From: Candidatus Odinarchaeota archaeon
GTDB taxonomy: Archaea > Asgardarchaeota > Odinarchaeia > Odinarchaeales > Odinarchaeaceae
Length of the DNA stretch: 32,000 nucleotides
Direction of reading: 5' to 3'
Assembly: GCA_016839265.1 (NCBI GenBank)
Contig: JAEOUO010000002.1
Coordinates: 120,001-152,000, forward strand
Shown here: one piece after another, positions 1-10,213 of the stretch
How the letters are laid out: each line of letters begins with the position of its first letter
Position numbering within the stretch: position 1 is the stretch's first letter
Made by a program: the position numbers and the translations under genes
Notes under the pieces: model-generated
Seen by the model: the letters and a program-made list of their open reading frames with translations, nothing else
The model's database searches: none
What the model was told of the DNA's origin: nothing

Positions 1-1
1 C

Positions 2-649
2 TTCTATAATGAAGACCAGGTAAGCGCTCGCGTTGTTAAACCTTGCCCTGTAGTTCTCACAGTCGGCTTAATAGAAGACTGCTCATATATTACTACTATG
101 AGTTTTAAACAACCCGGTGATAGAATTCTTATGATCGGTTTAACTTATCGTGAAATGGGTGGTTCTGAATACTATACGTTTTATCATAATATTCAAGGCG
201 GTCGTGCGCCTGTCGTAAACCTTGATCTTGAAGCAGTTACATTGAAAACAGTTTTAAAAGCTGTTAGAACAGGTAAAATTTCAGCAGCGCATGACTGTTT
301 CAGGGGTGGTATAGCTGTAAGCTTGATTGAAATGGGTATGGAGAATAATCTTTCAGCTAGTGTTAACTTAGACGGGTTAAGTGACCTTGATTTAAAATTT
401 GATGAGCTTTTATTCTCTGAAAGTCACAGCCGTTACATTCTCACGACTAGAGAAGAATATTTAAATGATATTATTGAAATCTTCACTCAAAATAATATTC
501 CAGTTAAAGAAATAGGTGTGGTTACTGATTCAGGTAGATTTGAATTCGAATATAAGAATAGAAGGGTATCCTGTTCTATGAGTAAGCTTAGAAAACTATA
601 TTATGAGACGATACCCAAGTATATGGGTGTTACTGAATGGATGAAGTGA
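2..649 (+). CDS. purL: Phosphoribosylformylglycinamidine synthase subunit PurL, C-terminal part (5' truncated by window edge)
   Basis: Frame is open from position 2 (FYNEDQVSARVVKPCPVVLTVGLIED-..-TMSFKQPGD), then SAHDCFRGGIAVSLIEM and LLFSESHSRY, typical of the PurL C-terminal AIRS domain. The ORF-track start at 98 is internal. Overlaps the purF start. Confidence 0.93.
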   Translation, partial: FYNEDQVSARVVKPCPVVLTVGLIEDCSYITTMSFKQPGDRILMIGLTYREMGGSEYYTFYHNIQGGRAPVVNLDLEAVTLKTVLKAVRTGKISAAHDCFRGGIAVSLIEMGMENNLSASVNLDGLSDLDLKFDELLFSESHSRYILTTREEYLNDIIEIFTQNNIPVKEIGVVTDSGRFEFEYKNRRVSCSMSKLRKLYYETIPKYMGVTEWMK

Positions 650-2112
650 AAGAGGCTTGCGGTGTAGTCGGCGTTTACTCTTTAAGCCGTGATTTCAACG
701 TAGCTCATCTACTATATGATGGTTTACTTATCTTGCAGCATAGAGGTCAGGAATCAGCTGGTATAAGCGTGCTCACCGGTAAAAGCATCCGCTCCATTAA
801 AGGGATGGGTGGAGTTGATGAAGCTATACCTGAAGAAAGCTTGGCTAAATTATTCGGTAATATAGGTATAGGACACACCAGGTACTCTACAGCAGGCTCC
901 AGTAATGAAGCTAATATTCAACCTTACACTATTGATATAGGTGACACACAGTTCGCTTTAGCCTTCAACGGTAATATTACAAATCATTTAGAGCTTAAAA
1001 AAAACCTCATACGCCGCGGGCACACTTTTACATCAGACGCAGACACTGAAGTTATCGCTCATCTTATGATATCTTATCTACTAGAATCTGATTTAAACTA
1101 TAATAAAGCGATTGAACGAACTATGGAGCTTCTTGAAGGAGCTTACTCTCTTGTATTAATAAATAACAGCGGTCAGCTTTACGCGATCCGGGACCCTCTC
1201 GGCTTCAGACCTTTATCTATAGGTGAACTAGATAAAGGCTCTTATGTTATCTCATCTGAAACCGTGGTTTTCGACATTCTTGAAATAAATTATCTCCGTG
1301 ATATTCAACCGGGTGAAATTCTATTAATCAACAACGGTCGCCTTGAACCACGCCGCGTATTCGAGTCATCTAATTCAGCTCAACCCACCGCTCACTGCAT
1401 GTTCGAATACGTATACTTTGCTAGACCTGATTCGATTGTTAACGGTATCTCCGTTCATGATGTTCGTATGAAACTTGGTATGAATTTAGCTAAATTTCAC
1501 CCTGTGGAAGCGGATGTCGTGGTGCCGATACCGGATTCAGGTAGAGTCGCCGCGATCGGATACTCTCAACAATCAGGTATCCCTTTAGTTGAAGGGCTTA
1601 TAAGGAACAGGTCTATTTGGCGTACATTTATACTTCCATATCCTGAGCTTCGTGAAAGATATGTGAAATTGAAGATTAACCCTGTTAAAGAGGCTATTAA
1701 AGGGAAGAGAGTGGTTTTAATCGATGATAGTATTGTTAGAAGTACAACGTCAAGGCGTATAGTTAACATTGTCAGAAAGGCTGGAGCTAAAGAAGTTCAT
1801 TTCAGAGTAAGCTGTCCGCCTATAATCTCACCCTGCTATATGGGGATTGATTTTCCGCGTAAAGAGGAGCTTGTAGCCGCTAATAAATCAGTTGAAGAGA
1901 TAAAAGAAGAGATAGGGGTTGACAGCTTAGGTTATCAGCCTTTAGAAGGTTTAATTGAGGCTATCGGTCTTGATCGAAGCCGTCTTTGTATGGCTTGTCT
2001 TACAGGATTCTACCCGAATATGAAAGCTAAGAATATTAAACAGAAAAAACTTATACATAAAGAGAATGGTGGTTTTATTGATGAAAGTTCTCTTAATCGG
2101 TCAAGGTGCTAG
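637..2112 (+). CDS. purF: Amidophosphoribosyltransferase (glutamine PRPP amidotransferase), propeptide/[4Fe-4S] type
   Basis: Short propeptide then Ntn nucleophile (EA-CGVVG), QHRGQES, GHTRYST, PRT loop DDSIVRSTT, Fe-S cysteines CMFEY, SCPP..SPC, CMAC. Confidence 0.97.
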   Translation: MDEVKEACGVVGVYSLSRDFNVAHLLYDGLLILQHRGQESAGISVLTGKSIRSIKGMGGVDEAIPEESLAKLFGNIGIGHTRYSTAGSSNEANIQPYTIDIGDTQFALAFNGNITNHLELKKNLIRRGHTFTSDADTEVIAHLMISYLLESDLNYNKAIERTMELLEGAYSLVLINNSGQLYAIRDPLGFRPLSIGELDKGSYVISSETVVFDILEINYLRDIQPGEILLINNGRLEPRRVFESSNSAQPTAHCMFEYVYFARPDSIVNGISVHDVRMKLGMNLAKFHPVEADVVVPIPDSGRVAAIGYSQQSGIPLVEGLIRNRSIWRTFILPYPELRERYVKLKINPVKEAIKGKRVVLIDDSIVRSTTSRRIVNIVRKAGAKEVHFRVSCPPIISPCYMGIDFPRKEELVAANKSVEEIKEEIGVDSLGYQPLEGLIEAIGLDRSRLCMACLTGFYPNMKAKNIKQKKLIHKENGGFIDESSLNRSRC

Positions 2113-3382
2113 AGAGCATGTTATAGCTGAAAGCGTGGTTAAAAGCAACGGGGTTTTATACGCTTATATGAAGACACGTAACCCTGGTATAGCTAAACTT
2201 TCTAAAGAGGTTAAAATAGGCTCACTTAACGATTTTAATAATATAGTTGATTTCGCTAAAAAAGTAGATTTCTGTATTATCGGCCCTGAAGATCCTTTAG
2301 CTGAGGGTGTGGTTGACAGGCTTGAAGACGCAGGGATTCCTTGTATAGGCCCTCACAGTTCAACGGCTAGATTAGAATCAAGTAAATCTTTTACACGTCT
2401 TCTTTTAACTAAGTATATGATTCCGGGTAACCCTGATTATAAAGTATTCGAAGATATGAATGATGTTAGGGAGTATCTTCAAACTCATAGTAATATTGTT
2501 GTAAAACCGGATGGTTTAACAGGCGGTAAAGGTGTGAAAGTTTGGGGTGAACATTTAAGTAATATAAATGAAGCTGAAACGTATATTAGAGAATTAATTG
2601 AGAAAGACGGTAAAGTTGTTGTGGAAGAGAAATTAGACGGTGAAGAATTCACGCTTCAAGCGTTCGTTGACGGTGTAAATGTAGTTGGCAGCCCTCTTGT
2701 TCAAGATCATAAAAGAGCTTATGAAGGTGATCAAGGCCCGAACACAGGCGGCATGGGTTCATATAGTTTTCCAGATCACGGTCTCCCTTTCATAAATAGA
2801 GAGTATATACCGCAGGCTTTAGATATTTTAAAGAAGACTGTGAACGCTGTTAAAAAAGAGACCGGTATACCTTATAAAGGGATTTTATACGGTCAATTCA
2901 TGCTTACAAGAAACGGGCTTAAACTTGTTGAATTTAACTGCAGGTTCGGGGACCCTGAGGCGATAAATATTTTACCTATTCTAGAAACCAGTTTCACAGA
3001 TATATGTCTAAGAATACTAGACGGGAATCTATCAGAGAAACACGTATTATTCGATGATAAAGCTACCGTCGTTAAATATCTAGCTCCGGTAGGCTACCCG
3101 GTGAGCCCGGTGCCTACTGAAGTGACGGTTAGCGAAGATGATATTAGAAAACTTGGGGGAAGAGTCTACTATGCGTCGGTTTCTGAGAAGGATGGGAAAA
3201 TTTTAACAACAACTTCTAGAAGTATCGCGGTGTTAGGTGTAGGTTCAACGATAGAGGAGGCTGAGCGTATAGCTGAAAACTCTATATGCTATATCGGCGG
3301 AGAGTTATTCCATAGACGTGATATAGGAACCCGTAAACTGATTCAGAAGAGAATAGACCATGTTAAACAGCTTCTAAGTTAA
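2081..3382 (+). CDS. purD: Phosphoribosylamine-glycine ligase (GAR synthetase)
   Basis: MKVLLIGQGAREH, KPDGLTGGKGV, GPNTGGMG, EFNCRFGDPE. Start placed at ATG 2081 (GGTGGT at 2068-2073) rather than the ORF-track 2066. Confidence 0.97.
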   Translation: MKVLLIGQGAREHVIAESVVKSNGVLYAYMKTRNPGIAKLSKEVKIGSLNDFNNIVDFAKKVDFCIIGPEDPLAEGVVDRLEDAGIPCIGPHSSTARLESSKSFTRLLLTKYMIPGNPDYKVFEDMNDVREYLQTHSNIVVKPDGLTGGKGVKVWGEHLSNINEAETYIRELIEKDGKVVVEEKLDGEEFTLQAFVDGVNVVGSPLVQDHKRAYEGDQGPNTGGMGSYSFPDHGLPFINREYIPQALDILKKTVNAVKKETGIPYKGILYGQFMLTRNGLKLVEFNCRFGDPEAINILPILETSFTDICLRILDGNLSEKHVLFDDKATVVKYLAPVGYPVSPVPTEVTVSEDDIRKLGGRVYYASVSEKDGKILTTTSRSIAVLGVGSTIEEAERIAENSICYIGGELFHRRDIGTRKLIQKRIDHVKQLLS

Positions 3383-3404
3383 ATAAAACTTGAGGGGTGG
3401 GTGA

Positions 3405-4484
3405 TTGAAGCTAACTGTGTGGGATCTTGAAGGACCTATAAGCTACGTGGATTTCGCTGCTGATCTTTTTAAAAAACTGGAGGAGAGATTAAACCGGTCT
3501 AATCTTGATTTATTCTATCAGATGATAAGCAACTATGATGATTATCTTATAGAGAACCCTCAAGTAATTCATTCACTAGGCGTGGAAAGCTATGAGCCTG
3601 GGGATACTCTGAGGCTTTTAGCACCTTTTTACGCTTATTACTTTACAGATGAAGAGCTTATAACTCTCTCTAAAAGTAATCCGGGTCTTATCCCCGGTAG
3701 TGTAGAAGTGTTTAAAAGATTATACGAGAGTTGGCGGGTATACGTTATATCTACAAGTTACACTCAACACGCATATAATATTGCGTCTCTTATCGGGTTA
3801 CCTTTAGAGAACGTGTACTGTACGGATTTCCCTGTGAAAGATTTAAAAAATACTTTAGGGGATATAACTTTCGCTGTTCAAATTTTAATCGACACTATTT
3901 TTCCTAAATATATCTCTGAAGGGTTAACCGGTGTATTAGACGATTTGAATGAATTCTTTTTTAAAACATGTTCAAAATATACTGAAACAATGATGAAGGT
4001 TACCGTTAGAGGCGGTCGTAGAAAAGAGAAGGCGATGCTTGAAATAGCTGAAAAACACGGTTATCCTTTAAACCAGTTAATCGCGGTAGGGGACTCGATT
4101 ACTGATATTAACATGTTGAAGCGTGTTAGAGATGAAGGGGGTGTAGCTGTAAGCTTTAACGGTAACCAGTACTCTGTTCCAAACGCTAATATTGCTGTAA
4201 CCTCTCCTAACCAAATGGGATCCTATCTTTTATTCGAGAATTATGATCGGATCTGGGATTGGTTGCAGGAATGGTGTAGAGAATACCCTAACTTTAAAAA
4301 CAATCCGGAGAGAATACCAAGCCACCTTATTTCAGAGTCTACTAAAAAATATTTTATTCAACATAATTTTATCCCTCGCATAGATGATTTAAGAGACGCG
4401 GATTCGAATTTAATTAACGAGGTTGTAAACGTGCAGAAGGATATGAGGAAAAAAGTTAGAGGATGGGTTGGAGTTTTAGGTTGA
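3405..4484 (+). CDS. HAD-superfamily hydrolase, AF1437/COG4030-like (sometimes labelled EhaR-like)
   Basis: HAD motifs WDLEGP, ISTSY and GDSITD, plus SNYDDYL, YEPGDTLRLL, FNGNQY and C-terminal MRKKVRG..G.LG, which match my recollection of the Archaeoglobus AF1437 family. TTG start after GAGGGGTGGGTG. Confidence 0.75.
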   Translation: MKLTVWDLEGPISYVDFAADLFKKLEERLNRSNLDLFYQMISNYDDYLIENPQVIHSLGVESYEPGDTLRLLAPFYAYYFTDEELITLSKSNPGLIPGSVEVFKRLYESWRVYVISTSYTQHAYNIASLIGLPLENVYCTDFPVKDLKNTLGDITFAVQILIDTIFPKYISEGLTGVLDDLNEFFFKTCSKYTETMMKVTVRGGRRKEKAMLEIAEKHGYPLNQLIAVGDSITDINMLKRVRDEGGVAVSFNGNQYSVPNANIAVTSPNQMGSYLLFENYDRIWDWLQEWCREYPNFKNNPERIPSHLISESTKKYFIQHNFIPRIDDLRDADSNLINEVVNVQKDMRKKVRGWVGVLG

Positions 4485-4506
4485 GGTCTGGAAAGGAGTG
4501 TTAAAC

Positions 4507-5439
4507 TTGAAATTCGATTTAATATCAGTAGGAGCCTCTCTAATAGATTTAGTTGCTTTAGTTAACCGTTTCCCAGAATCGGATGATGAAATTTATATTC
4601 CTGATTTAAGAATCGAGTACGGTGGTTCAGCGGCTAACACCGCTGTAGCTTGTTCAAGACTAGGTTTGAAAGTGGCTTTTCTAGGTAAAATCGGATTAGA
4701 TTATTTTGGAGACTTAATATTGAAGAAATTCGCTGAGGAGAAAGTTGACACTTCTCTGATTCTAAGAACATCCGCTACTCCTACAGGTTTATGTTTCATC
4801 GCTGTGGATGCAGCTGGGGATAGGAGAATGTTCGCTTTCTCTGGGGCGGCTAATCAACTATCTATTAGCGAGTTAAATATTAACAGTCTTCTAGAATCTC
4901 GTTTAATATATATGGCTAGTCTTGAAAACACTGTTTTTCTAGCAGAGTTTTCGAAAAAGATTAGGGAGCACGGTTTAAAAACGGCTTTAAACCCTGGTGC
5001 TTTAATCGCGAACCAGGGTTTAGAGAAAGCTAAACCTATAATCGAAAACACGGATATCTATATTTCCTCTTATAATGAAGCTGTTAAAATACTACGTGTG
5101 GAAGGCTTAGATAATATTAAAAAAGTATTATTTAAGCAAGGTGTATCTAAGATCGCGATTACCTTAGGATCTGAAGGATGTATGGTTGCTGATCAATCTG
5201 AAACTTATATGATTCCCGCTGTGAAAGTTAACGTGAAAGATACTACAGGCGCCGGTGACGCTTTCACTGCAGGTTTTCTCACAGGCTTATTAACTAGTAA
5301 ACCTTTATTGGAAGCAGGTTTTATGGGGGTTTCAGCGGCTGCTTTAAAAATTCAACATATCGGTGCGCGGGGTGGTTTACCCAGCTTGCAGGAGCTTGAA
5401 AACTTTATGAAAGCTCATAGAGTAAAATATTTAACGTAA
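4507..5439 (+). CDS. PfkB/ribokinase-family carbohydrate or nucleoside kinase
   Basis: GGSAANTAVACSRLG and DTTGAGDAF PfkB signatures. Start probably TTG 4507 (GGAGTG 6 nt upstream); GTG 4498 is the alternative. Confidence 0.9.
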   Translation: MKFDLISVGASLIDLVALVNRFPESDDEIYIPDLRIEYGGSAANTAVACSRLGLKVAFLGKIGLDYFGDLILKKFAEEKVDTSLILRTSATPTGLCFIAVDAAGDRRMFAFSGAANQLSISELNINSLLESRLIYMASLENTVFLAEFSKKIREHGLKTALNPGALIANQGLEKAKPIIENTDIYISSYNEAVKILRVEGLDNIKKVLFKQGVSKIAITLGSEGCMVADQSETYMIPAVKVNVKDTTGAGDAFTAGFLTGLLTSKPLLEAGFMGVSAAALKIQHIGARGGLPSLQELENFMKAHRVKYLT

Positions 5440-5480
5440 TTGAACACTTATTTTTTAAAGTTAGTTGAGGAGGAGATTAT

Positions 5481-5882
5481 ATGGGTGAAATAGATGTAGC
5501 GGTTTTAGCCGGCTCTAAATCTGATAGTGAAGTCGTTGAGAAAGTTACTTCTACGCTTGAAGAAGAGAAGATAAGTTATGAAGTTAACTATATTAGCGCT
5601 CACCGTGAACCTGAGAAGCTTCGAGCTTATATTAAAGAAAACGATGAGCGGATTAAAATATATGTCTGCATCGCAGGGCTGGCTGCAGCTTTACCTGGAG
5701 TAGTAGCCTCTTACACGAGTAAACCTGTTATAGGTGTGCCTGTTTCAGCTAAACTAGGCGGCTTAGACGCTTTACTGTCTATTGTTCAAACACCTGCAGG
5801 GATCCCTGTAGCTACGGTTGGTATAGATAACGGTCGAAACGCTGCTCTACTAGCTAAAAGAATACTCAGCTTATCTAAATAG
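5481..5882 (+). CDS. purE: AIR carboxylase / N5-CAIR mutase PurE
   Basis: [45 protein letters not shown]; GAGGAGG SD. Confidence 0.95.
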   Translation: MGEIDVAVLAGSKSDSEVVEKVTSTLEEEKISYEVNYISAHREPEKLRAYIKENDERIKIYVCIAGLAAALPGVVASYTSKPVIGVPVSAKLGGLDALLSIVQTPAGIPVATVGIDNGRNAALLAKRILSLSK

Positions 5883-5899
5883 TATAGGAGGATGAAAAA

Positions 5900-7255
5900 T
5901 TGTATGTTCACCCTATTGAATACCGGTATTTTTACCCTGAAATGAAGTCGCTGTTCACGGAAGAGTATCGTTTACAGAAATGGCTTGAAGTTGAAGCTGC
6001 TTTAGCTCAAGCTCACGCTGAAGTAGGCGATATCCCCCGTGAAGCAGCTGAAGAGATAACTAGGAAAGCCTCAGTTAAATATGTGAAGCTGGAGAGAGTT
6101 AAAGAAATAGAAGATCAAATCCACCATGATCTTATGGCTATGGTTAAAGCGTTCACAGAGGTTTGTGAAGGCTACGCTGGAGCTTACATTCATTTAGGCG
6201 CTACAAGTTATGACATAGAGGATACAGCTACCGCGCTTCAATTAAAAGATGCGATTAAAATAATTATGGAGGATTTAATAAATTTAAAAAATGTAGTGGT
6301 GGATTTAGCGGATAAATATAAGTCTGTGATTTGTGTAGGTAGAACTCACGGTCAACACGCTTTACCAATCACTTACGGGTTAAAATTCGCTATATGGGCT
6401 TATGAAATTCACAGACATATAATTCGCTTAATGCAGTTGACACCCCGTGTTTTAGTCGGTAAAATGACTGGTGCTGTTGGAACTATGGCGGGTTTCGGAG
6501 AGAAAGGCTTTCAGATACAGGAACTGGTGATGAAGAAACTTGGGTTGAAACCTGCTGAAACATCGAATCAAATAGTTCAACGTGATAGAATAGCTGAGCT
6601 TATCTTGTTTACTAGTCTTGTAGCTGCTTCTCTTAATAAAATCGGTAAAGAACTTCGAAACCTTCAGCGAACAGAGATAGGCGAGGTCTGGGAGGAGTTT
6701 AAGGAAACCCAGGTCGGTTCATCAACTATGCCTCATAAAAGGAATCCTCATAAATCTGAGAGAATATGCGGTTTATCGAGAATTCTCATCGGTAACGTTT
6801 TTCCTGCTCTTGAAAACGTTGCTTTAGAGCATGAACGTGACCTTACGAATTCAGCTCCGGAACGCATTATCATCCCTGAGAATCTGATTCTATTAGATTA
6901 CATGCTTAAACAACTAACACAGATATTGAAAGGTTTAAAACTAGACGAGCAGAATATTACACGAAACCTCGGTTTAACAAGAGGGTTTATAATGGCTGAA
7001 AAAATTATGTTAGAGTTGGTTAACAAAGGTTTAGGAAGACAGCAAGCTCACGAGCTTTTAAGAAAATGCGCTATGCAGTCGTGGAGTCAAAGAGTAGAAT
7101 TTAAACAAGCTCTTTTAAATGAGCCTACTATTGCAAAAATAGTGTCATCGACTGAGCTAGATGAATGGTTGAATCCAGCAGCTTATATTGGAACAAGTGT
7201 TCAACAAGTAGAGAAAGCTGTAGCTGAACTGAGAGGCTATAAATATGAATTTTAA
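5900..7255 (+). CDS. purB: Adenylosuccinate lyase
   Basis: HLGATSYD, GRTHGQHA, fumarase-family signature GSSTMPHKRNP, HERDLTNS; TTG start after GGAGGA. Confidence 0.97.
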   Translation: MYVHPIEYRYFYPEMKSLFTEEYRLQKWLEVEAALAQAHAEVGDIPREAAEEITRKASVKYVKLERVKEIEDQIHHDLMAMVKAFTEVCEGYAGAYIHLGATSYDIEDTATALQLKDAIKIIMEDLINLKNVVVDLADKYKSVICVGRTHGQHALPITYGLKFAIWAYEIHRHIIRLMQLTPRVLVGKMTGAVGTMAGFGEKGFQIQELVMKKLGLKPAETSNQIVQRDRIAELILFTSLVAASLNKIGKELRNLQRTEIGEVWEEFKETQVGSSTMPHKRNPHKSERICGLSRILIGNVFPALENVALEHERDLTNSAPERIIIPENLILLDYMLKQLTQILKGLKLDEQNITRNLGLTRGFIMAEKIMLELVNKGLGRQQAHELLRKCAMQSWSQRVEFKQALLNEPTIAKIVSSTELDEWLNPAAYIGTSVQQVEKAVAELRGYKYEF

Positions 7256-8309
7256 AATGACGTATAAGAATGCGGGTGTAGATATTATTAAAGCGAAAGA
7301 CGCTCATAAAAGAATCGGTCGGCTTATCGCCTCCACTTTCAACTTGAGAAGAAACCGGTTCGGCCAGCTTTTAAACGAGTACGGTCACTACGCTGCTCTC
7401 CTAGACATATCTGAAAGCTCCGCTATAGCTTTACACGCTGACGGTGTTGGTACAAAAGTGCTTCTCGCTCAAATGCTAGGTAAATATGATACTGTTGGAG
7501 TTGACTGCGTAGCGATGAATGTGAATGATCTAATATGTTGCGGAGCTGAACCTGTAGCTTTAGTCGACTACATCGCTTTAGAGTCATCTAACCCTCTGTT
7601 AGCTGAAGAGTTGGTTAAAGGTTTAGTTAAAGGAGCTAAAAAATCAGGTGCAGCTGTCGTCGGCGGGGAAACCGCTATAATGCCTGATGTGATTAAAGGT
7701 GTGAAACCTGGATTCGGTTTCGATCTAGCAGCGCTCAGCGTAGGTGTTGTAGAGAAAAAAAATATTATTTTAGGGGACGGTATTAAACCAGGTGATATAG
7801 TAATCGGTTTACCTAGCAGCGGGCCTCACTCGAACGGTTACACTCTGATTCGAAGGATTCTGGAAGCTAGAAAAATCCTGTTAGATTCGAAGCCTTTAAA
7901 CGGTTCTAAAACCTTAGGTGAACTTCTTTTAACACCTACTAGAATATATGTTAAAGAGGTTTTGAAACTGGTTGAGAACCGCCTCGTATCCGGTTTAGCT
8001 CATATAACCGGCGGCGCTTTCACCAAGCTTATGAGGTTAACTAAAAACAAACTCGGATTCCATCTTAAAATGCCTAAACCCCCGGAGATATTTACGCTTA
8101 TACAACAGTGGGGTAACGTGGACAGTTATGAAATGTATAAGACGTTTAATATGGGTGTAGGCTTCTGTATTATTACTTCTCCTGAAAATGAAAGCGAGGT
8201 TATTCGTTTATGCAGACGCCCAGGTTTGAAACCTGTAGTGTTAGGTTACGTGTTAAAGGAGCGGAAAGTAAAATTAGAGACGTATACAGGTGAAATCTTA
8301 TCCTACTAG
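7245..8309 (+). CDS. purM: Phosphoribosylformylglycinamidine cyclo-ligase (AIR synthetase)
   Basis: TYKNAGVD, DGVGTK, DCVAMNVND, GGETA, SSGPHSNG, HITGG, TFNMGVG. Confidence 0.97.
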   Translation: MNFKMTYKNAGVDIIKAKDAHKRIGRLIASTFNLRRNRFGQLLNEYGHYAALLDISESSAIALHADGVGTKVLLAQMLGKYDTVGVDCVAMNVNDLICCGAEPVALVDYIALESSNPLLAEELVKGLVKGAKKSGAAVVGGETAIMPDVIKGVKPGFGFDLAALSVGVVEKKNIILGDGIKPGDIVIGLPSSGPHSNGYTLIRRILEARKILLDSKPLNGSKTLGELLLTPTRIYVKEVLKLVENRLVSGLAHITGGAFTKLMRLTKNKLGFHLKMPKPPEIFTLIQQWGNVDSYEMYKTFNMGVGFCIITSPENESEVIRLCRRPGLKPVVLGYVLKERKVKLETYTGEILSY

Positions 8310-8321
8310 AGGTTGAAGAAT

Positions 8322-9407
8322 ATGATTCTCAGAGAGACTGTTCTAAAAACGGTTGAAGAATATGATGCTAAAAACATTCACATAACCACGATTGGAAGCC
8401 ACTCTGCTTTAAATATTTTTAAAGGAGCTAAAGATGAAGGTTTTCAAACTATCTGTATTTGCGAGCGTGGCAGGGAGACTGTCTATCAACGTTTCCCGTT
8501 AGTTGACCGTTATATTATATTAGATAAATTATCTAATCTTTTAGATGATGATATTCAACGGCGACTGCTCTCTTTAAACTCTTTGATAATCCCTCACGGT
8601 TCTTTTAACGCTTATATAGGCTCTGAGCGTATTGAAGAATCTTTTAATCTACCTATTTTCGGTAACCGGGCTCTTCTAACATGGGAGTCTCACCGGGAAA
8701 TGCAGGATAAATGGCTTAAACTAGCCGGGGTGCCTGTTCCTAAAACTTACAGTAAACCTGACGAAATCGACACTTTAACGATTACTAAGTTTCCTAGAGC
8801 TAAAGGCGGTAGAGGCTATTTTCTAGCTAACAGCTTAGATGTTTACGAGAGGAAGGCTGATGAAATGTTGAAGAAGGGTTTAATATCTGAAGATGATTTA
8901 AAGGAGCCTCAAATACAGGAATATATAACTGGTGCACCTGTATACTTGCATTATTTTTACTCTCCTTTAAGTAACCGGCTTGAATTTCTAGGCGCGGATA
9001 GAAGATATGAATCGAATGTGGACGGTTTATCTAGGATACCCGCCGCTGATCAGCTTGAAGCTAAACTAGACGCAACTTTCACGGTGATGGGGAATTTCAT
9101 GATAGTTCTCCGTGAGTCTCTGTTATCTCAAGTTTACGATTTAGGTGAAAAAGTCTTGGAGGCTTCTCGTAGAATCGCTCCGCCTGGTTTAATAGGGCCT
9201 TTCTGTTTGGAGACTATTTGCACAGAAAACCTTAAACTAATCGTGTTTGAAATCTCTTGTAGAATAGTCGCTGGCTGTAATGTAGCTATAGGATACTCTC
9301 CGTACACTTATCTATTATACGGTGAGCCTATGTATATGGGGAGGCGTATCGCACGTGAAATAAAAGAGGCGATTCACCAGGGTAAGTTGAATTCTCTAAT
9401 CACATAG
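8322..9407 (+). CDS. purP: Formate-dependent FAICAR synthetase PurP (archaeal ATP-grasp family)
   Basis: IGSHSALNI, PHGSF, KGGRGYF, HYFYS, RYE, GPFCLE, FEISCRI. Start moved to ATG 8322 (GAGGT at 8309-8313). PurP versus PurP-like paralogue not resolved. Confidence 0.88.
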   Translation: MILRETVLKTVEEYDAKNIHITTIGSHSALNIFKGAKDEGFQTICICERGRETVYQRFPLVDRYIILDKLSNLLDDDIQRRLLSLNSLIIPHGSFNAYIGSERIEESFNLPIFGNRALLTWESHREMQDKWLKLAGVPVPKTYSKPDEIDTLTITKFPRAKGGRGYFLANSLDVYERKADEMLKKGLISEDDLKEPQIQEYITGAPVYLHYFYSPLSNRLEFLGADRRYESNVDGLSRIPAADQLEAKLDATFTVMGNFMIVLRESLLSQVYDLGEKVLEASRRIAPPGLIGPFCLETICTENLKLIVFEISCRIVAGCNVAIGYSPYTYLLYGEPMYMGRRIAREIKEAIHQGKLNSLIT

Positions 9408-9417
9408 GTGGTTAACT

Positions 9418-10095
9418 ATGCAAGATGCATCTCATCTACTTGTTGAAAAACCAGATAAAATTAAAGTCTCCATGATCATGGATAAACATATAATTAATCG
9501 GGAGAAACTAGATATAGCTGTGCTGGATTTCGGAGGCCAATATACTCATCTGATTAAGAGAATGCTGGATGAACTTGACGTTGACGTGGAGATTCTCCCC
9601 TATAATGTAAACTATCGGCAGCTGCTCGACTTTCATGTGAAAGGTGTTGTTTTCGGGGGTGGACCTAACTCTGTTTACGAGGAGAACGCTCCGCGTTGTG
9701 ATTTAAATATTCTTCGCAACAATCAGTTGAAGATTCTAGGTATCTGCTACGGTCACCAGCTTATCGCGCATCAGCTAGACGGTGTTGTTAAGAAAGGTGT
9801 TAGATGCGAGTATGGTTTAGCTGAGTTAATTATTGATGATGTTAATGATCCTTTATTTCAAGGGTTACCGGATAGGATTCAAGTTTGGGCCTCTCACACT
9901 GATGAAGTTGAGAGGCTTCCGTTAGGTGGGAAAACTATCGCTCATAGTTTAAACTGTAGTATTGAAGCGTTTAATATTCATAATAGAATCTGGGGGGTTC
10001 AATTTCACCCTGAAGTCTCGCAGACCGAGCACGGTTATGAACTGCTTGAAAACTTTGCTGTTAAAATATGTAAATGTAATAGGATTCAACTTTAA
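9418..10095 (+). CDS. guaAA: GMP synthase glutamine amidotransferase subunit A
   Basis: VLDFGGQYTHLI, GGPNSV, GICYGHQL, QFHPEV (class I GATase triad); GGTGGT SD before ATG 9418. Confidence 0.9.
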   Translation: MQDASHLLVEKPDKIKVSMIMDKHIINREKLDIAVLDFGGQYTHLIKRMLDELDVDVEILPYNVNYRQLLDFHVKGVVFGGGPNSVYEENAPRCDLNILRNNQLKILGICYGHQLIAHQLDGVVKKGVRCEYGLAELIIDDVNDPLFQGLPDRIQVWASHTDEVERLPLGGKTIAHSLNCSIEAFNIHNRIWGVQFHPEVSQTEHGYELLENFAVKICKCNRIQL

Positions 10096-10103
10096 CTATT
10101 AAG

Positions 10104-10131
10104 TTTTTTTTAAAAATATCTAAATACTTTT
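10104..10131 (+). terminator. Candidate oligo-T terminator of the purine operon
   Basis: T8 run at 10104-10111 and a second T-run near 10127-10131 directly after the guaAA stop; archaeal intrinsic terminators are oligo-T tracts. Confidence 0.45.
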
Positions 10132-10213
10132 TTACAAATAGTATATTACGCTTATTAATATAGCTTTACTACATATATTATATTTATTTATAGGATTTTT
10201 GGAGGTGTTTTAA

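Noticed and set aside
1566-1769. 67-aa minus-strand ORF
   Set aside because: Antisense shadow inside purF; no motifs or SD.
4854-5051. 65-aa minus-strand ORF
   Set aside because: Antisense shadow inside the PfkB kinase gene.
1-10095. Absence of purC, purQ/purS, purK and purO/purH from the operon
   Set aside because: The operon is cut by the window edge and archaeal pur genes are often dispersed; absence cannot be judged here.
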